A stretch of DNA of 64,000 nucleotides from an uncultured Planctomycetota bacterium. GTDB lineage: Bacteria > Planctomycetota > Planctomycetia > Isosphaerales > Isosphaeraceae. How positions within the stretch are numbered: position 1 is the stretch's first letter; each line of letters begins with the position of its first letter. The notes beneath the pieces are model-generated. The model saw only the letters and a list, made by a program, of their open reading frames with translations, did no database searches and was not told where the DNA came from. The stretch covers positions 2,496,001 through 2,560,000 of the forward strand of contig CAVTTN010000002.1 of the NCBI GenBank assembly GCA_963737655.1, read 5' to 3'. Below, in pieces: positions 1-9,731 of the stretch. Position numbers and translations under genes: made by a program.

Positions 1-385
1 CGGCCTTCGCCTTGGCCAGGAGCTCGGGGACGCGGCCGAGCTGGCCGGGGCCGATCACCACATCGACGTGAGGCGCCCGGCGGAGGACCTGCCCCTGGTC
101 CTTCTGCGCCATGCAGCCGAGGACGCCGATCGCCACGTCCGGCCGGGTTTCCTTGATCCGTTTGATCCGGCCCAGGGCCGAATAGATCTTGTCCTCGGCG
201 TGCTGGCGGACCGAGCAGGTGTTGTACAGGATGGTGTCGGCCTGGCCGATGTCGTCGGTCAGGACGTATCCCTCGTCGCGCAGCTTCGCCACCACGAGCT
301 CGCTATCCAGGACGTTCATCTGGCAGCCGACCGTCTCGATGTACAGCTTCTTCGACCGAGACGGGACGGCCTGGGGATCGGCCAT
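1..385 (-). CDS. miaB: tRNA methylthiotransferase MiaB, N-terminal part (runs off window)
   Basis: Manual minus-strand translation from ATG 385: MADPQAVPSRSKKLYIETVGCQMNVLDSE...ILYNTCSVRQHAEDK...GVLGCMAQ, i.e. the three-Cys UPF0004 domain. Absent from the ORF track because it is truncated. Confidence 0.93.
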   Translation of the reverse strand, partial: MADPQAVPSRSKKLYIETVGCQMNVLDSELVVAKLRDEGYVLTDDIGQADTILYNTCSVRQHAEDKIYSALGRIKRIKETRPDVAIGVLGCMAQKDQGQVLRRAPHVDVVIGPGQLGRVPELLAKAKA

Positions 386-592
386 CGCCGAGGATCTCCG
401 GGGGCTGGCATGCATGCGTGGCCGCGAGGGGATCGCGCAAGGCGATCGACGGGCCTGGGGGGTATTCTATCGTCCCCGATCGGCGAAGGGAACGGCGGGT
501 GACCGCCGATCGCCGACCGCCCTGGCGGAATGCCGCCCGGTTCCGGTAGTTTGGGCCGCACCGCTGCGGAACGGACCTTTCGGGATGATCCC

Positions 593-1387
593 ATGCCAAC
601 TGTCCGGGTCGATGGCCGGTCATTTTATTATGAGGAGATCGGCTCGGGCGACCCGATCGTGTTCGTGTCGGGCCTGGGCGGCGATGGCCGGGCGTTCAGC
701 ATCGCGTTGCGGCATTTCGGCGCGAGATCGCGGGCCCTGGCGTTCGACAATCGCGACGTGGGCCGCTCCGATCGGGCGACGGCCCCCTATTCGACGGCCG
801 ACATGGCCGAGGACCTCGCCTCGCTCCTGGGGACGGTCCACGCCTCTCCCGCGCACGTCGTCGGGCATTCGCTCGGCGGCCTGATCGCCCAGGAGCTGGC
901 CTTGCGTCATCCCGAGATGGTCCGCTCGCTCGTCCTGGCCTCGACCCACGCCGGGGCCGACCCGTGGCGCCGGGCGATCCTCGAATCGTGGATCGTGATG
1001 AGGCATCGGTTCTCTCCGGGAGAGTTCACCCGGCTGACCCTGCCCTGGCTCGTCGGGGCGCCGTTCTATCGCCAGAGCACCAGCATCGAGGGCCTGATCC
1101 GGTTCGCCGAGAACAACGAATTCCCCCAGCCTCCCGAAGCGTTCGAGCGCCAGGCGAGAGCGGCGATCGCCCACGAGACGCGCGATCGGCTCGCGGCCCT
1201 GCGGGTGCCGTCTCTGGTGCTCGTGGGGGAGCTCGACGCGGTGAACCCTCCGAGGGTCGCGAAGGAGCTGGCCGAGCTGATCCCCGATGCCCGGATGGCG
1301 GTCCTGCCCGGCCTCGGGCACCTGCCCCACGTCGAAGACGGCCGGGCCTTCCGCGAGGCCGTGGCGGCGTTCGTGGATTCCGTGTAG
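593..1387 (+). CDS. alpha/beta fold hydrolase (3-oxoadipate enol-lactonase-like)
   Basis: GHSLGG nucleophile elbow, [17 protein letters not shown]. Start chosen at ATG 593. Confidence 0.88.
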   Translation: MPTVRVDGRSFYYEEIGSGDPIVFVSGLGGDGRAFSIALRHFGARSRALAFDNRDVGRSDRATAPYSTADMAEDLASLLGTVHASPAHVVGHSLGGLIAQELALRHPEMVRSLVLASTHAGADPWRRAILESWIVMRHRFSPGEFTRLTLPWLVGAPFYRQSTSIEGLIRFAENNEFPQPPEAFERQARAAIAHETRDRLAALRVPSLVLVGELDAVNPPRVAKELAELIPDARMAVLPGLGHLPHVEDGRAFREAVAAFVDSV

Positions 1388-1404
1388 GGTGCAGGAAATG
1401 CACC
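1384..1404 (+). repeat. GTAG-type REP, family A, solo (GTAGGGTGCAGGAAATGCACC)
   Basis: GTAG end plus GGTGCA/TGCACC hairpin. Similar copies at 10896, 13327, 13456 and 48863. Overlaps the hydrolase TAG stop. Confidence 0.85.
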
Positions 1405-1445
1405 ATCTTCGCCCTCGATTTGGAGCGCCTGCGCAAGGAGCGGTC

Positions 1446-1676
1446 ATGGCCACCGAAGAGGACCTCAAGAAAGCCCTCAAAGCCTTCAAGAAGCGGCTGA
1501 AGCTCGCGAAGCTCGACGAGGAATCCGGGCTCAGCCGAGGGGGCGGCAAGAAATCGACGATCGCCGGGATCACCCCGCCGGGCGGCCATCCCGCCGAGGT
1601 CTGGGAGGACCTGGTCAAGCAAGGGAAGCTCAAACGAGAGATGGCCGGCACCTATTCGCTGGTGCCGGGGGCATGA
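1446..1676 (+). CDS. small basic hypothetical protein (76 aa)
   Basis: MATEEDLKKALKAFKKRLKLAKLDEES...; AAGGAG RBS upstream; ATGA overlap with the next gene. Confidence 0.8.
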   Translation: MATEEDLKKALKAFKKRLKLAKLDEESGLSRGGGKKSTIAGITPPGGHPAEVWEDLVKQGKLKREMAGTYSLVPGA

Positions 1677-2881
1677 TCGCGACCGACGAGGGGCGATTCC
1701 GAGCCGTCCTCGGGCTCTCGACGGCCCTCATGATCGGGCTCTCGTACCCCCTCTGGATCGACCTGCCGGGCTCGACGTTCCCGAGAGTCCCGTTCGTCGC
1801 CCGGATGCCGATGGCGCCTTCGTGGCTGACGTTTGCGAGGTTCTCGGCAACCCTGTTGGCTCTGATTTCGGCCTCGGTCGGCTACCGGACTCGGTGGTCC
1901 CTTGGCGTGGCGTTGACGATGTTGGCGTGGAGCGTCGCGGAAGACCAGTTCCGGCTCCAGCCGTGGGTCTACCAGTTCCTGTTGATGGGGTTCGTCCTGG
2001 CGAACGCCCCTTCGGAGCGGGCCTTGGGCCTGTGCCGGGTCGTGATCGTCGCCCTTTACTTCCATTCGGGGCTGTCGAAGCTGGATCGTTCGTTCGAGGA
2101 GGAATCCGGGAGGCAATTCCTGGGATCGGCGGTGTCTCTGCTCGGCGGAGACCTCCGGAGATGGTCCGGTTCGATCGTTTCCCCGGCGGTCCGGCTGATG
2201 CCGGCCTGGGAGATCTCGGTGGCGGTCGGCCTGGTCTTCCGAACGACCCGGAGGCTCGCCCTGGTCGGCGCGGTCCTTCAGCATCTGGCGTTGATCGCGA
2301 TCCTCGGCCCGTGGGGGCTGCGTCATAGCACGATCGTCCTGGTGTGGAACGCGGCCATGATCGCCGAGGTCGTCGTGCTGTTCCGCTCGCCGGTGTTCCT
2401 ACCTCCGGGCGATCGGCCGTCTCGGCTCGCGGGGCTGGTGGTGGCCCTGGCGGTGCTCCTGCCGTCGTTCGAGCGGTTCGGTCTGTGGGACACCTGGCCG
2501 TCGTTCGGGCTGTATGCGAGCCACAACGAACGGGCGAGCGTTTACGTGGACGTGCCCGAGGCCCTGGAGGGCGCCCCGCCGTTCTCGGAGATCGCCGCCT
2601 ATCTTGGCCCTCCGACGGAGTGGGGCACTCGTCGATGGCTCGACCTGGCGAGGTGGAGCCTGACCGAGCGAGGCGTCCCGCTTTATCCCCAGGGTCGCGC
2701 CCTGAACGGGGTGGCCGAAGTGGTGGCCTCGCGATATGAAGGGATCGGGCCGGTCCTCCTCCGCCAGATCCGCCGCGCCGATCCCCGGACCGGACGGCGT
2801 CGCGAGGTCGATCTCGTCGGCCTGGACGCCATCCGCCGCCACGGCGACTCCTACTGGCTGAACGCCCATCCCGCCCGGTGA
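1673..2881 (+). CDS. polytopic membrane protein (HTTM/DoxX-like)
   Basis: Several TM segments; DQFRLQPWVYQF and YFHSGLSKL motifs. Confidence 0.7.
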   Translation: MIATDEGRFRAVLGLSTALMIGLSYPLWIDLPGSTFPRVPFVARMPMAPSWLTFARFSATLLALISASVGYRTRWSLGVALTMLAWSVAEDQFRLQPWVYQFLLMGFVLANAPSERALGLCRVVIVALYFHSGLSKLDRSFEEESGRQFLGSAVSLLGGDLRRWSGSIVSPAVRLMPAWEISVAVGLVFRTTRRLALVGAVLQHLALIAILGPWGLRHSTIVLVWNAAMIAEVVVLFRSPVFLPPGDRPSRLAGLVVALAVLLPSFERFGLWDTWPSFGLYASHNERASVYVDVPEALEGAPPFSEIAAYLGPPTEWGTRRWLDLARWSLTERGVPLYPQGRALNGVAEVVASRYEGIGPVLLRQIRRADPRTGRRREVDLVGLDAIRRHGDSYWLNAHPAR

Positions 2882-2946
2882 GGCACGGATTGGCACGGAG
2901 ACTGCGGTTGCGAACGTCCCCCGACCTCCTGGGAGAGTCCCCGTCC

Positions 2947-4539
2947 ATGAGGCATCCTCGCGGCAGCGGCGTCTTGCTCCATCCCACGTCCCTGCCCGGC
3001 CGGTTCGGGATCGGCGACCTCGGCCCCGAGGCGCATCGGTTCGTGGCCGACCTGGTCGAGGCGGGCCAGACCTGGTGGCAGATGCTCCCCCTGGGTCCCA
3101 CGGGGTTCGGCAACTCGCCGTATCAATCGCCGTCGTCGTTCGCCGGCAACCCCCTGTTGATCAGCCCCGAGGCGATGGTCCGCGACGGCTGGCTCGACGA
3201 GGCCGACCTGGCCGATTATCCCGAGTTGCCCGCCGGGCACGTCGATTTCGACGCGGTCCGCCTGGCCAAGACGGCCCTGTTTCACAAGGCCCACGAACGG
3301 GCCGGACCCGACGGACCCCCCGAGTTCCGCGCGTTCCTCGAATCGGCGAAGGACTGGCTCGACGACTTCGCCCTGTTCGTCGCGCTGAAGGACGCCCACG
3401 ACGGCAAGCCCTGGAACGAGTGGGAGCCCGACATCGCCGCCCGGAAACCCGAGGCGATGGCTCTCTGGAGGGATCGGCTGGCGAAGGAGGTCCACCATCA
3501 GAAGCTCATCCAGTTCGTCTTCCATCAGCAATGGGAGGAGCTCCGGGCGGCCTGCCGGTCCAAGGGGATCAAGATCATCGGCGATTTGCCCATCTTCGTG
3601 AGCGGGGACAGCGCGGACGTCTGGGCCCGGCCCGACCTCTTCGAGCTGGACGACCACGGACGGCCGACGGCCGTGGCGGGCGTGCCTCCCGACTTCTTCA
3701 GCGAGACCGGGCAGCTCTGGGGCAACCCGGTCTATCGCTGGGAGGCCCACGAAGCGGACGGATTCGCCTGGTGGATCGCCCGGCTTCGGGGGACGACCGA
3801 CCGCGTGGACATCCTCCGGCTCGACCATTTCCGGGGGTTCGCGGCGTTCTGGGCGGTCCCGGGCGATGCGCCGACGGCCGCCTCGGGCGAGTGGCGGCCG
3901 TCCCCGGGCCATGCGCTTCTGGAAGCGGTCCGGGACGCCTTCGGCGGTCTCCCGCTGATCGCCGAGGATCTCGGCTTGATCACTCCGGACGTCGTGGCCC
4001 TCCGAGACGACTTCCACCTGCCCGGGATGAGGGTCTTGCAGTTCGCCTTCGGCGATGACCCGCTGGCCGATATTTATCTCCCGTACCGGCACATCCCGCA
4101 TTGCATCGTCTACACCGGCACCCACGACAATGACACGACCAGGGGCTGGTTCACGACGACCGAGACGAACACGACGCAATCGGCGGCGCTGATCGCGGCG
4201 GAGAGGGCGTTCGTCCTGAGGTTCGTGGGGACCGACGGCTCGGAGATCCACTGGGATTTGATCCGGGTGGCGTCGTCCTCGGTGGCCGACACGGTGGTCT
4301 TCCCGATGCAGGACGTTTTGGGCCTCGGGCACGAGGCCCGGATGAACCTGCCGGGCCGGGCCACCGGCAACTGGGCGTGGCGTTACGGCCCGGACGAGTT
4401 CCCCCAGGCGGCCCGGGACCGCCTGGCCGACATCACGGCCGTGTACGACCGCTGGAACGGGGAAGTCCCGGCCAAATGGCGGTCGCCCCGGAGGCCGAAG
4501 TCGGGCGAGGCGGCGGTGTCGATCGAGGCGGAGGAATGA
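2947..4539 (+). CDS. malQ: 4-alpha-glucanotransferase (amylomaltase, GH77)
   Basis: GVLLHPTSLP, WQMLPLGP, SPYQSPSSFAGNP, GVPPDFFSETGQLWGNP, LRLDHFRG, IAEDLG, YTGTHDN. Confidence 0.96.
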   Translation: MRHPRGSGVLLHPTSLPGRFGIGDLGPEAHRFVADLVEAGQTWWQMLPLGPTGFGNSPYQSPSSFAGNPLLISPEAMVRDGWLDEADLADYPELPAGHVDFDAVRLAKTALFHKAHERAGPDGPPEFRAFLESAKDWLDDFALFVALKDAHDGKPWNEWEPDIAARKPEAMALWRDRLAKEVHHQKLIQFVFHQQWEELRAACRSKGIKIIGDLPIFVSGDSADVWARPDLFELDDHGRPTAVAGVPPDFFSETGQLWGNPVYRWEAHEADGFAWWIARLRGTTDRVDILRLDHFRGFAAFWAVPGDAPTAASGEWRPSPGHALLEAVRDAFGGLPLIAEDLGLITPDVVALRDDFHLPGMRVLQFAFGDDPLADIYLPYRHIPHCIVYTGTHDNDTTRGWFTTTETNTTQSAALIAAERAFVLRFVGTDGSEIHWDLIRVASSSVADTVVFPMQDVLGLGHEARMNLPGRATGNWAWRYGPDEFPQAARDRLADITAVYDRWNGEVPAKWRSPRRPKSGEAAVSIEAEE

Positions 4540-4557
4540 GAGATCGCATCTCATCGG

Positions 4558-4622
4558 TTGGGTGGCATGCTTACAAAGACGTAAGCATGCCACCCAATCA
4601 CGGGCGGAAGGATGGCCCGCAA
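4558..4622. repeat. family B palindrome (TTGGGTGGCATGCTTAC..GTAAGCATGCCACCCAA) and left copy of a 57-bp direct repeat
   Basis: Hairpin 4558-4597. 4566-4622 recurs at 5123-5179; the 36-bp core 4580-4615 is identical to 5137-5172. Confidence 0.88.
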
Positions 4623-4675
4623 TCGCCGGGCCATCCCGAGGAAACTGGTCGAGTACGACCAGTGGCACCCGAGAG

Positions 4676-4954
4676 TCAACCGCCACATCCGATCGAAAAC
4701 CGCTCGAGTCGAGTCCGGCCTCCATGGGCCGTCGCGAACGCCTCGGCGGCGGCCTCCGGCAGGTCGACCGGGACGAAGCACTCCTCGGGATAGAGGTAAT
4801 CCTCCCCGGATTCATCGACGACGCGGACGAAACCGCGCGTTTCTGCCGAGGCGTCCGGCAGGACTCGATAGACCTTCCGGACCTCCAGGGAGGCCGGGTA
4901 TTCGTCGTTGTGGATGCACAGGACGAACTGCCGAGATTGGCTGATCTGTGACAT
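4676..4954 (-). CDS. small hypothetical protein (FVLCIHNDEYPASLE...VVDESGEDYLYP type)
   Basis: 92-aa ORF from ATG 4954. The motif resembles a widespread uncharacterised small-protein family (recognised from memory, not searched). Confidence 0.8.
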   Translation of the reverse strand: MSQISQSRQFVLCIHNDEYPASLEVRKVYRVLPDASAETRGFVRVVDESGEDYLYPEECFVPVDLPEAAAEAFATAHGGRTRLERFSIGCGG

Positions 4955-4955
4955 G

Positions 4956-5050
4956 TTAATCATCCAGAAAGGTCTTGATCTTGAACTCGACCCGCCCGAT
5001 CCCGTTCGCCTCATATCATACCAGTGGAGTTCGACCTGGCAGACCTCGGC
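4956..5050 (-). pseudogene. 3' remnant of upstream partner gene (...QVELHWYEANGIGRVEFKIKTFLDD*)
   Basis: Frame is restored by removing one copy of the TCATA duplication (5011-5020). TAA at 4956-4958 lies 1 nt before the next ATG. The 5' part is missing and is replaced by REP sequence. Confidence 0.7.
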
Positions 5051-5067
5051 CTTCCGTCTTCGCGGTG

Positions 5068-5192
5068 GGGTGGCATGCTTACGTCTTCGTAAGCATGGCT
5101 TCGGTCAGTCTCGAACCGAAGCCATGCTTACGTCTTCGTAAGCATGCCACCCAATCACGGGCGGAAGGATGGTCCGCAAGGGCGGACCCTAC
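5068..5192. repeat. family B REP doublet (5068-5152) followed by a solo family D GTAG REP (5171-5192)
   Basis: GGGTGGCATGCTTACGTCTTCGTAAGCATG + GCTTCGGT..ACCGAAGC + CATGCTTAC..GCATGCCACCC, then GGTCCGCAAGGGCGGACCCTAC. Confidence 0.88.
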
Positions 5193-5219
5193 GAAACACG
5201 CCGTTTTCGCGGGGTGGGA

Positions 5220-7232
5220 CTACGAGTCCCCCGGGCCCGGCAGGTGGACGAAGAACGTGGCGCCCTGGCCGAGGGTGCTCTCGACTCGGATCGTCCCTCC
5301 GTGGGCCCGGGCGATCTTCTGGCAGATGGCCAGGCCGGCCCCGTTGCCTTCGTATTCGCCCTGGGCGTGGAGCCGCCGGAAGATCTGGAAGATCCGCTCG
5401 TGATGCTTCGGGTCGATGCCGATGCCGTTGTCGCGGACCGAGATCGTGACCGCCCCGCCCTCCTCGGCCCAGGCGGCGAGCTCGACCGTCGGCCGGCCCT
5501 GGCCCCCGTGATATTTCAGGCCGTTGGAGACGAGGTTGGTGAGGAGCTGGGCGATCCGCCCGCGATCGCCCCAGGCCGTCGGCAACGGCTGGCGGACGAC
5601 CAGATCGCCCCCCTTCGCCGCGATCAGGGCGGCGAGGTCGGCGCGGACGCGGGCGGCGACCTCGTCGAGGTTCACCGGCGCGAATTCGCGGGTCGCCCGC
5701 CCCGCCCGGGAGAGTTCCAGGAGGTCGCGGATCAGGCCCCTCATCCGATCGGCGGCATCGACGATGCGGGCCACGCTCTCCAGGCCCTCGGCGCCGAGGC
5801 GGTCCCCCTGGTCCTTCTGGAGCTGGCCGGAGAAGAAGCCCATCGTCCTCAACGGCTCGAACAGGTCGTGGGAGACGACGTGGGAGAACTCGTCGAGCTC
5901 CTGGTTCTTCCGCTCCAGGACCTCGTTGGCCCGGGCGAGGCTGGCGTTGCGGTCCTGGAGCTGCGCCTCCAGGGCCTTCCTCGCCGTCACGTCCTGCGCG
6001 ACGCTCCGGGACCGGAGGATCGCGCCGTTGGCGTCGCGGATGGCCGTCCCGGTCACGAAGACGTCGATCATCTCGCCGTCGGCCTTGACCCATCGGCTCT
6101 CCACGGCGATCGTCCCGGTCTGGAGGAATTTCTCGAAGTTCGGCACGAACGCCGCGCGCCGCCACTCGGGGAGGATCTCGAGGTAGGGGCGGCCGATCAG
6201 CCGCTCGCGGGGGTAGCCCAGGGCCTTCAACAGGGTGTTGTTGACCTCGACGATCGCGCCGGTCGGGTCCAGGCTGAAGTACATGGCCGGGGCGTTCTGG
6301 TAGAGGTCCCCGTAGAGGTCCTTCATCTCCTGGAGCTCGCGGTTGGCCTTCATCAGCGCGCGATTGGCGACGAGGAGGGCCTTGGTCCGGCGCCGGAGGT
6401 CGCGGTCGGCGCGGAGGCGTCCGGTCACGTCGGTGATGTGGCATCGGAGGTGATCGACGGTCGCGTCCTGGGCGTAGCGGACGCCGACGTTGATCTCGAC
6501 GGCCTTGGTCTCTCCCGAGGCGGTGCGGACCCGGTAGATCAGGCCGTGGGCCTCGCCCCGGGGGACCGACGCGCGCAATTCCTCGCCGGCGAGCTCGCGG
6601 TCGTCGGGGTGGACGACGTCCAGGTACGACATCCGCCGGAGCTGGTTCAGCGACCGGCCGAGGAACGCCTGCTCGGCCGGGCTGGAGTCGATCCAGCGGA
6701 GCGTCTCGGGCTCGAGCCGGGCGATCATGTCGAGCTTGGCGAAGACGTCCAGGACGGAGGAGAACTCGCGGGAGGCCATCGGGTCCGACGGGTCATCCCC
6801 CTTGCTCACCGGGTCGAACAGGGCGCTTCGCGTGAGCGCCGGGACGGTCAGGGGCCGGGATCGCGAGGGGCCTTGCGAGTCGAGCAAGGCCGAATCCTCG
6901 GCCCGGGACGGCGCGAAGCGGTCGCGGAGCCTGGAGGCGGCCGAGACCAGTCCCTCGGCGGCCAGGGCCAGGGCCGGGTCGGTGCATCCGAGGGGCCCGT
7001 CGGCCAGCGCCTCGGCGTCTTCCCTCATGGCGAAGACGGCCCAGATCGGCTGGGCCGTGCGGAGCGCCCCGAGCAGGGCGACGGCCGAGGCCGCCAGCCC
7101 GAGCAGGGCGACGGCGATGGTCCCCGGGCCGAGGCCCTCGTCCGAGGCGACCCAGGCCGAGGCCGTCGCGGTGCCGAGCAGGAACATCGTGGCGGTGCCG
7201 AGGTCTCGGCGGGCGGAAGGGGTCGTCCTCAT
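5220..7232 (-). CDS. PAS-PAS sensor histidine kinase with N-terminal TM segments
   Basis: VHPDDR PAS motif, H-box SHDLFEPL, N-box NLVSNGLKY, DNGIGI, GAGLAI. Confidence 0.92.
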   Translation of the reverse strand: MRTTPSARRDLGTATMFLLGTATASAWVASDEGLGPGTIAVALLGLAASAVALLGALRTAQPIWAVFAMREDAEALADGPLGCTDPALALAAEGLVSAASRLRDRFAPSRAEDSALLDSQGPSRSRPLTVPALTRSALFDPVSKGDDPSDPMASREFSSVLDVFAKLDMIARLEPETLRWIDSSPAEQAFLGRSLNQLRRMSYLDVVHPDDRELAGEELRASVPRGEAHGLIYRVRTASGETKAVEINVGVRYAQDATVDHLRCHITDVTGRLRADRDLRRRTKALLVANRALMKANRELQEMKDLYGDLYQNAPAMYFSLDPTGAIVEVNNTLLKALGYPRERLIGRPYLEILPEWRRAAFVPNFEKFLQTGTIAVESRWVKADGEMIDVFVTGTAIRDANGAILRSRSVAQDVTARKALEAQLQDRNASLARANEVLERKNQELDEFSHVVSHDLFEPLRTMGFFSGQLQKDQGDRLGAEGLESVARIVDAADRMRGLIRDLLELSRAGRATREFAPVNLDEVAARVRADLAALIAAKGGDLVVRQPLPTAWGDRGRIAQLLTNLVSNGLKYHGGQGRPTVELAAWAEEGGAVTISVRDNGIGIDPKHHERIFQIFRRLHAQGEYEGNGAGLAICQKIARAHGGTIRVESTLGQGATFFVHLPGPGDS

Positions 7233-7325
7233 CGTCTCTCGTCTACGGAACGGGCGGGGGGGCATTCGGGGGAAGGAATGGGGTGCAACGCGACGGTCGA
7301 GGCGTCAAAACCCGTCCGCCTCAAC

Positions 7326-8420
7326 TCAACCCGGCACCGGCACGGCGGCGGCCGGCAGCCAGAGGGTGAACCGGGCGCCTCCGTCGTCGCCGTTGCGGGC
7401 GGTGAGCTTCCCGCCGTGCTCGCGGAGGATCTCGCTGGCGAGGTACAGGCCGTAGCCGCTGCCGGTGGGCTTGGTGGTGTAGAACGGCTCGAAGATCCGG
7501 GGCAGGTGCGCCTCGGGGATGCCGGGGCCGTCGTCGGCGACCTCCACGGTCACCCAGTCCCCGCCGTCGTCGTGGTCGAACTCGGTCCGCACCTCGATCG
7601 TCCCCTCGCGCTGCTCCGAGGTGATCGCCTCGTGGGCGTTGCCCAGGAGGTTCAGCAAGACCTGGATCACCCGGCCGGCGTCGGCGCGGACCGGGGGCAG
7701 GTTGGCGGCGTTCTGGGTGACCACGGAGACGCGCCTTCCCCTCGGGTCGGTGCCCTTGAGGAACAGGTCGGCGGCCTCGCGGACCAGGGGGGAGAGGTCC
7801 TGGGCCATCAGGGTCGCCGGGCCGCCCCGGACGGCCGCCATCAGGTGCTCCAGTCGAAGCTGCAAGAGCTGGCAGCCGCGGACGATCGGATCGATCCGGA
7901 TGCCCGCCTCGGGGTGCTCGGCCATCTGGATCTTGAGGATCTCGGCGTTCCCCCGGATCACCGACAGAGGGCCGCGGATCTCGTGGACGATCCCGGCCAG
8001 GAGCCGGCCGACCTGAGCCATCCCCTCGTTCAGGGCGGTCACGGTGGACATCTGACGATAGCGGACCAGGCGGCGGACCCGGGCCAGGAGGATCTCGGGG
8101 GGGGCGTCCTTGGCCACGTAGTCGTCGGCCCCGGCCTCCAGGCCGGCGATCACGTCGGACTCGCGGTCCTGGACCGTCAGCATCAGGATCGGCACCCCGG
8201 CGAACTGCGGGTCGTCGCGGAACGCCCGGCAGACGGAGTGGCCGTCGGTGTCGGGCAGGTTCACGTCGAGGACGATGATATGGGGCAGGACCTCGCGGGC
8301 CTGGACCAGGGCATCCCGGCCGTAGGCCGACTCATGGACGGCGAACCCGGCCCGGCCGAGGATGGCGCGGAGCATGGCGCGGTCGTGCGGGCTATCATCG
8401 ACGATCAGGACGGCGCTCAT
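7326..8420 (-). CDS. hybrid receiver-histidine kinase
   Basis: MSAVLIVDD..IVLDVNLPD..GADDYVAK receiver; HEIRGPL, NLLGNA, DDGPGI, GYGL. Confidence 0.92.
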   Translation of the reverse strand: MSAVLIVDDSPHDRAMLRAILGRAGFAVHESAYGRDALVQAREVLPHIIVLDVNLPDTDGHSVCRAFRDDPQFAGVPILMLTVQDRESDVIAGLEAGADDYVAKDAPPEILLARVRRLVRYRQMSTVTALNEGMAQVGRLLAGIVHEIRGPLSVIRGNAEILKIQMAEHPEAGIRIDPIVRGCQLLQLRLEHLMAAVRGGPATLMAQDLSPLVREAADLFLKGTDPRGRRVSVVTQNAANLPPVRADAGRVIQVLLNLLGNAHEAITSEQREGTIEVRTEFDHDDGGDWVTVEVADDGPGIPEAHLPRIFEPFYTTKPTGSGYGLYLASEILREHGGKLTARNGDDGGARFTLWLPAAAVPVPG

Positions 8421-8582
8421 TCGGGTCCCTCCTGCGACGGCCTCCCCGGTCGCGGCTCCGCGTCTGGGACGGGCCCGTTCCCGCCCTCCGGCGGTCTTCT
8501 CTATAATAAGAGCGACGTGGGCGGACGGAATAGACCGGCGGGCCGAAGATCCGCGCCCCCGCCGCCCCAATGGGACACGATC

Positions 8583-9698
8583 ATGCCCTCGGCTCCCTCC
8601 GCGCCCCCGGGACTCGCCCCCCTGCCCTTCGCTCCGTTCCGGGACCTCCCGCCGGACGAGCTGGCCGATCGCATCCTCGCCGTGAAGGCCGAGATGGGCG
8701 ATCAACTCCTGATCCTCGGCCACCACTACCAGCAGGACGAGGTCATCCGGTTCGCCGACCTCCGCGGCGACAGCTACAAGCTCGCACGGATGGCCGCCGA
8801 CAGCACATCCTGCCGCTGGATCGCCTTTTGCGGCGTCCACTTCATGGCCGAGACCGCCGACGTCCTGACCGGGCCGGGGGTGGACGTGATCCTCCCGGAC
8901 CTGGCCGCCGGGTGCAGCATGGCCGACATGGCCGACCTCGACGCGGTGGAGGCCGCCTGGTCCGACATGGCCGAGGTCCTCGACGTGGGCGACGTGATGC
9001 CCGTCACCTACATCAACTCGGCCGCCGACCTCAAGGCGTTCTGCGGGCGGCACGGGGGGATCGTCTGCACGAGCTCCAACGCCCGGGCCGTTTTGGAATG
9101 GTCGTTCGCCCGGAGGAGGCGCGTCCTGTTCTTCCCCGACCAGCACCTCGGCCGCAACACGGCCCGGACGATGGGCATCCCCCTGGAGCAGATGCCGTCC
9201 TGGGCCCCCCATCAGCCGATGGGAGGGAACGCCGAGGCCGCGATCCGCGACAGCCGGGTGATCCTCTGGCGAGGCCATTGCTCGGTCCACCAGATGTTCC
9301 GCCCGTCCCACGTGGACGACTTCCGCCGCAAGTACCCGGACATCACGATCCTGGTCCACCCCGAATGCCAGATGGCGGTGGTGGACAAGGCGGACCTCGT
9401 CGGCTCGACCGAGTTCATCCTCAAGACGGTGGCCGAGGCGCCCGCCGGATCGACCTGGGCCGTGGGCACGGAGCTCCACCTGGTCAATCGGCTGGCCCAG
9501 GAGCATCCGGACAAGAAGGTGATGTTCCTGTCGCCGATGGTCTGCATGTGCGCCACGATGTACCGGATCGACCCGCCCCACCTGGCGTGGGCCCTGGAGA
9601 ACCTGTCCCGGGGCACCCCGGTGAACGTGGTGAAGGTGCCCGAGGAGACGGCGACCTGGGCCCGGGTGGCCCTGGAGCGGATGCTGGAGGTGCATTGA
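8583..9698 (+). CDS. nadA: quinolinate synthase
   Basis: ILGHHYQ, FCGVHFMAE, AGCSMA, TYINS, CTSSNA, PDQHLG, CSVH, HPEC, C-terminal CMCATM. Confidence 0.96.
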   Translation: MPSAPSAPPGLAPLPFAPFRDLPPDELADRILAVKAEMGDQLLILGHHYQQDEVIRFADLRGDSYKLARMAADSTSCRWIAFCGVHFMAETADVLTGPGVDVILPDLAAGCSMADMADLDAVEAAWSDMAEVLDVGDVMPVTYINSAADLKAFCGRHGGIVCTSSNARAVLEWSFARRRRVLFFPDQHLGRNTARTMGIPLEQMPSWAPHQPMGGNAEAAIRDSRVILWRGHCSVHQMFRPSHVDDFRRKYPDITILVHPECQMAVVDKADLVGSTEFILKTVAEAPAGSTWAVGTELHLVNRLAQEHPDKKVMFLSPMVCMCATMYRIDPPHLAWALENLSRGTPVNVVKVPEETATWARVALERMLEVH

Positions 9699-9731
9699 CC
9701 GACCGGCGGCGAGCGTCCCGAACCCGGCCCC

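Noticed and set aside
4558..5192. Possible CRISPR array
   Set aside because: Copies are inverted or irregularly spaced, the same palindromes are dispersed across the window, and no cas genes are present.
5169..8582. 5' part of the 1509-aa plus-strand ORF fused to nadA
   Set aside because: It is the antisense shadow of two histidine kinases; nadA homology begins at about 8583.
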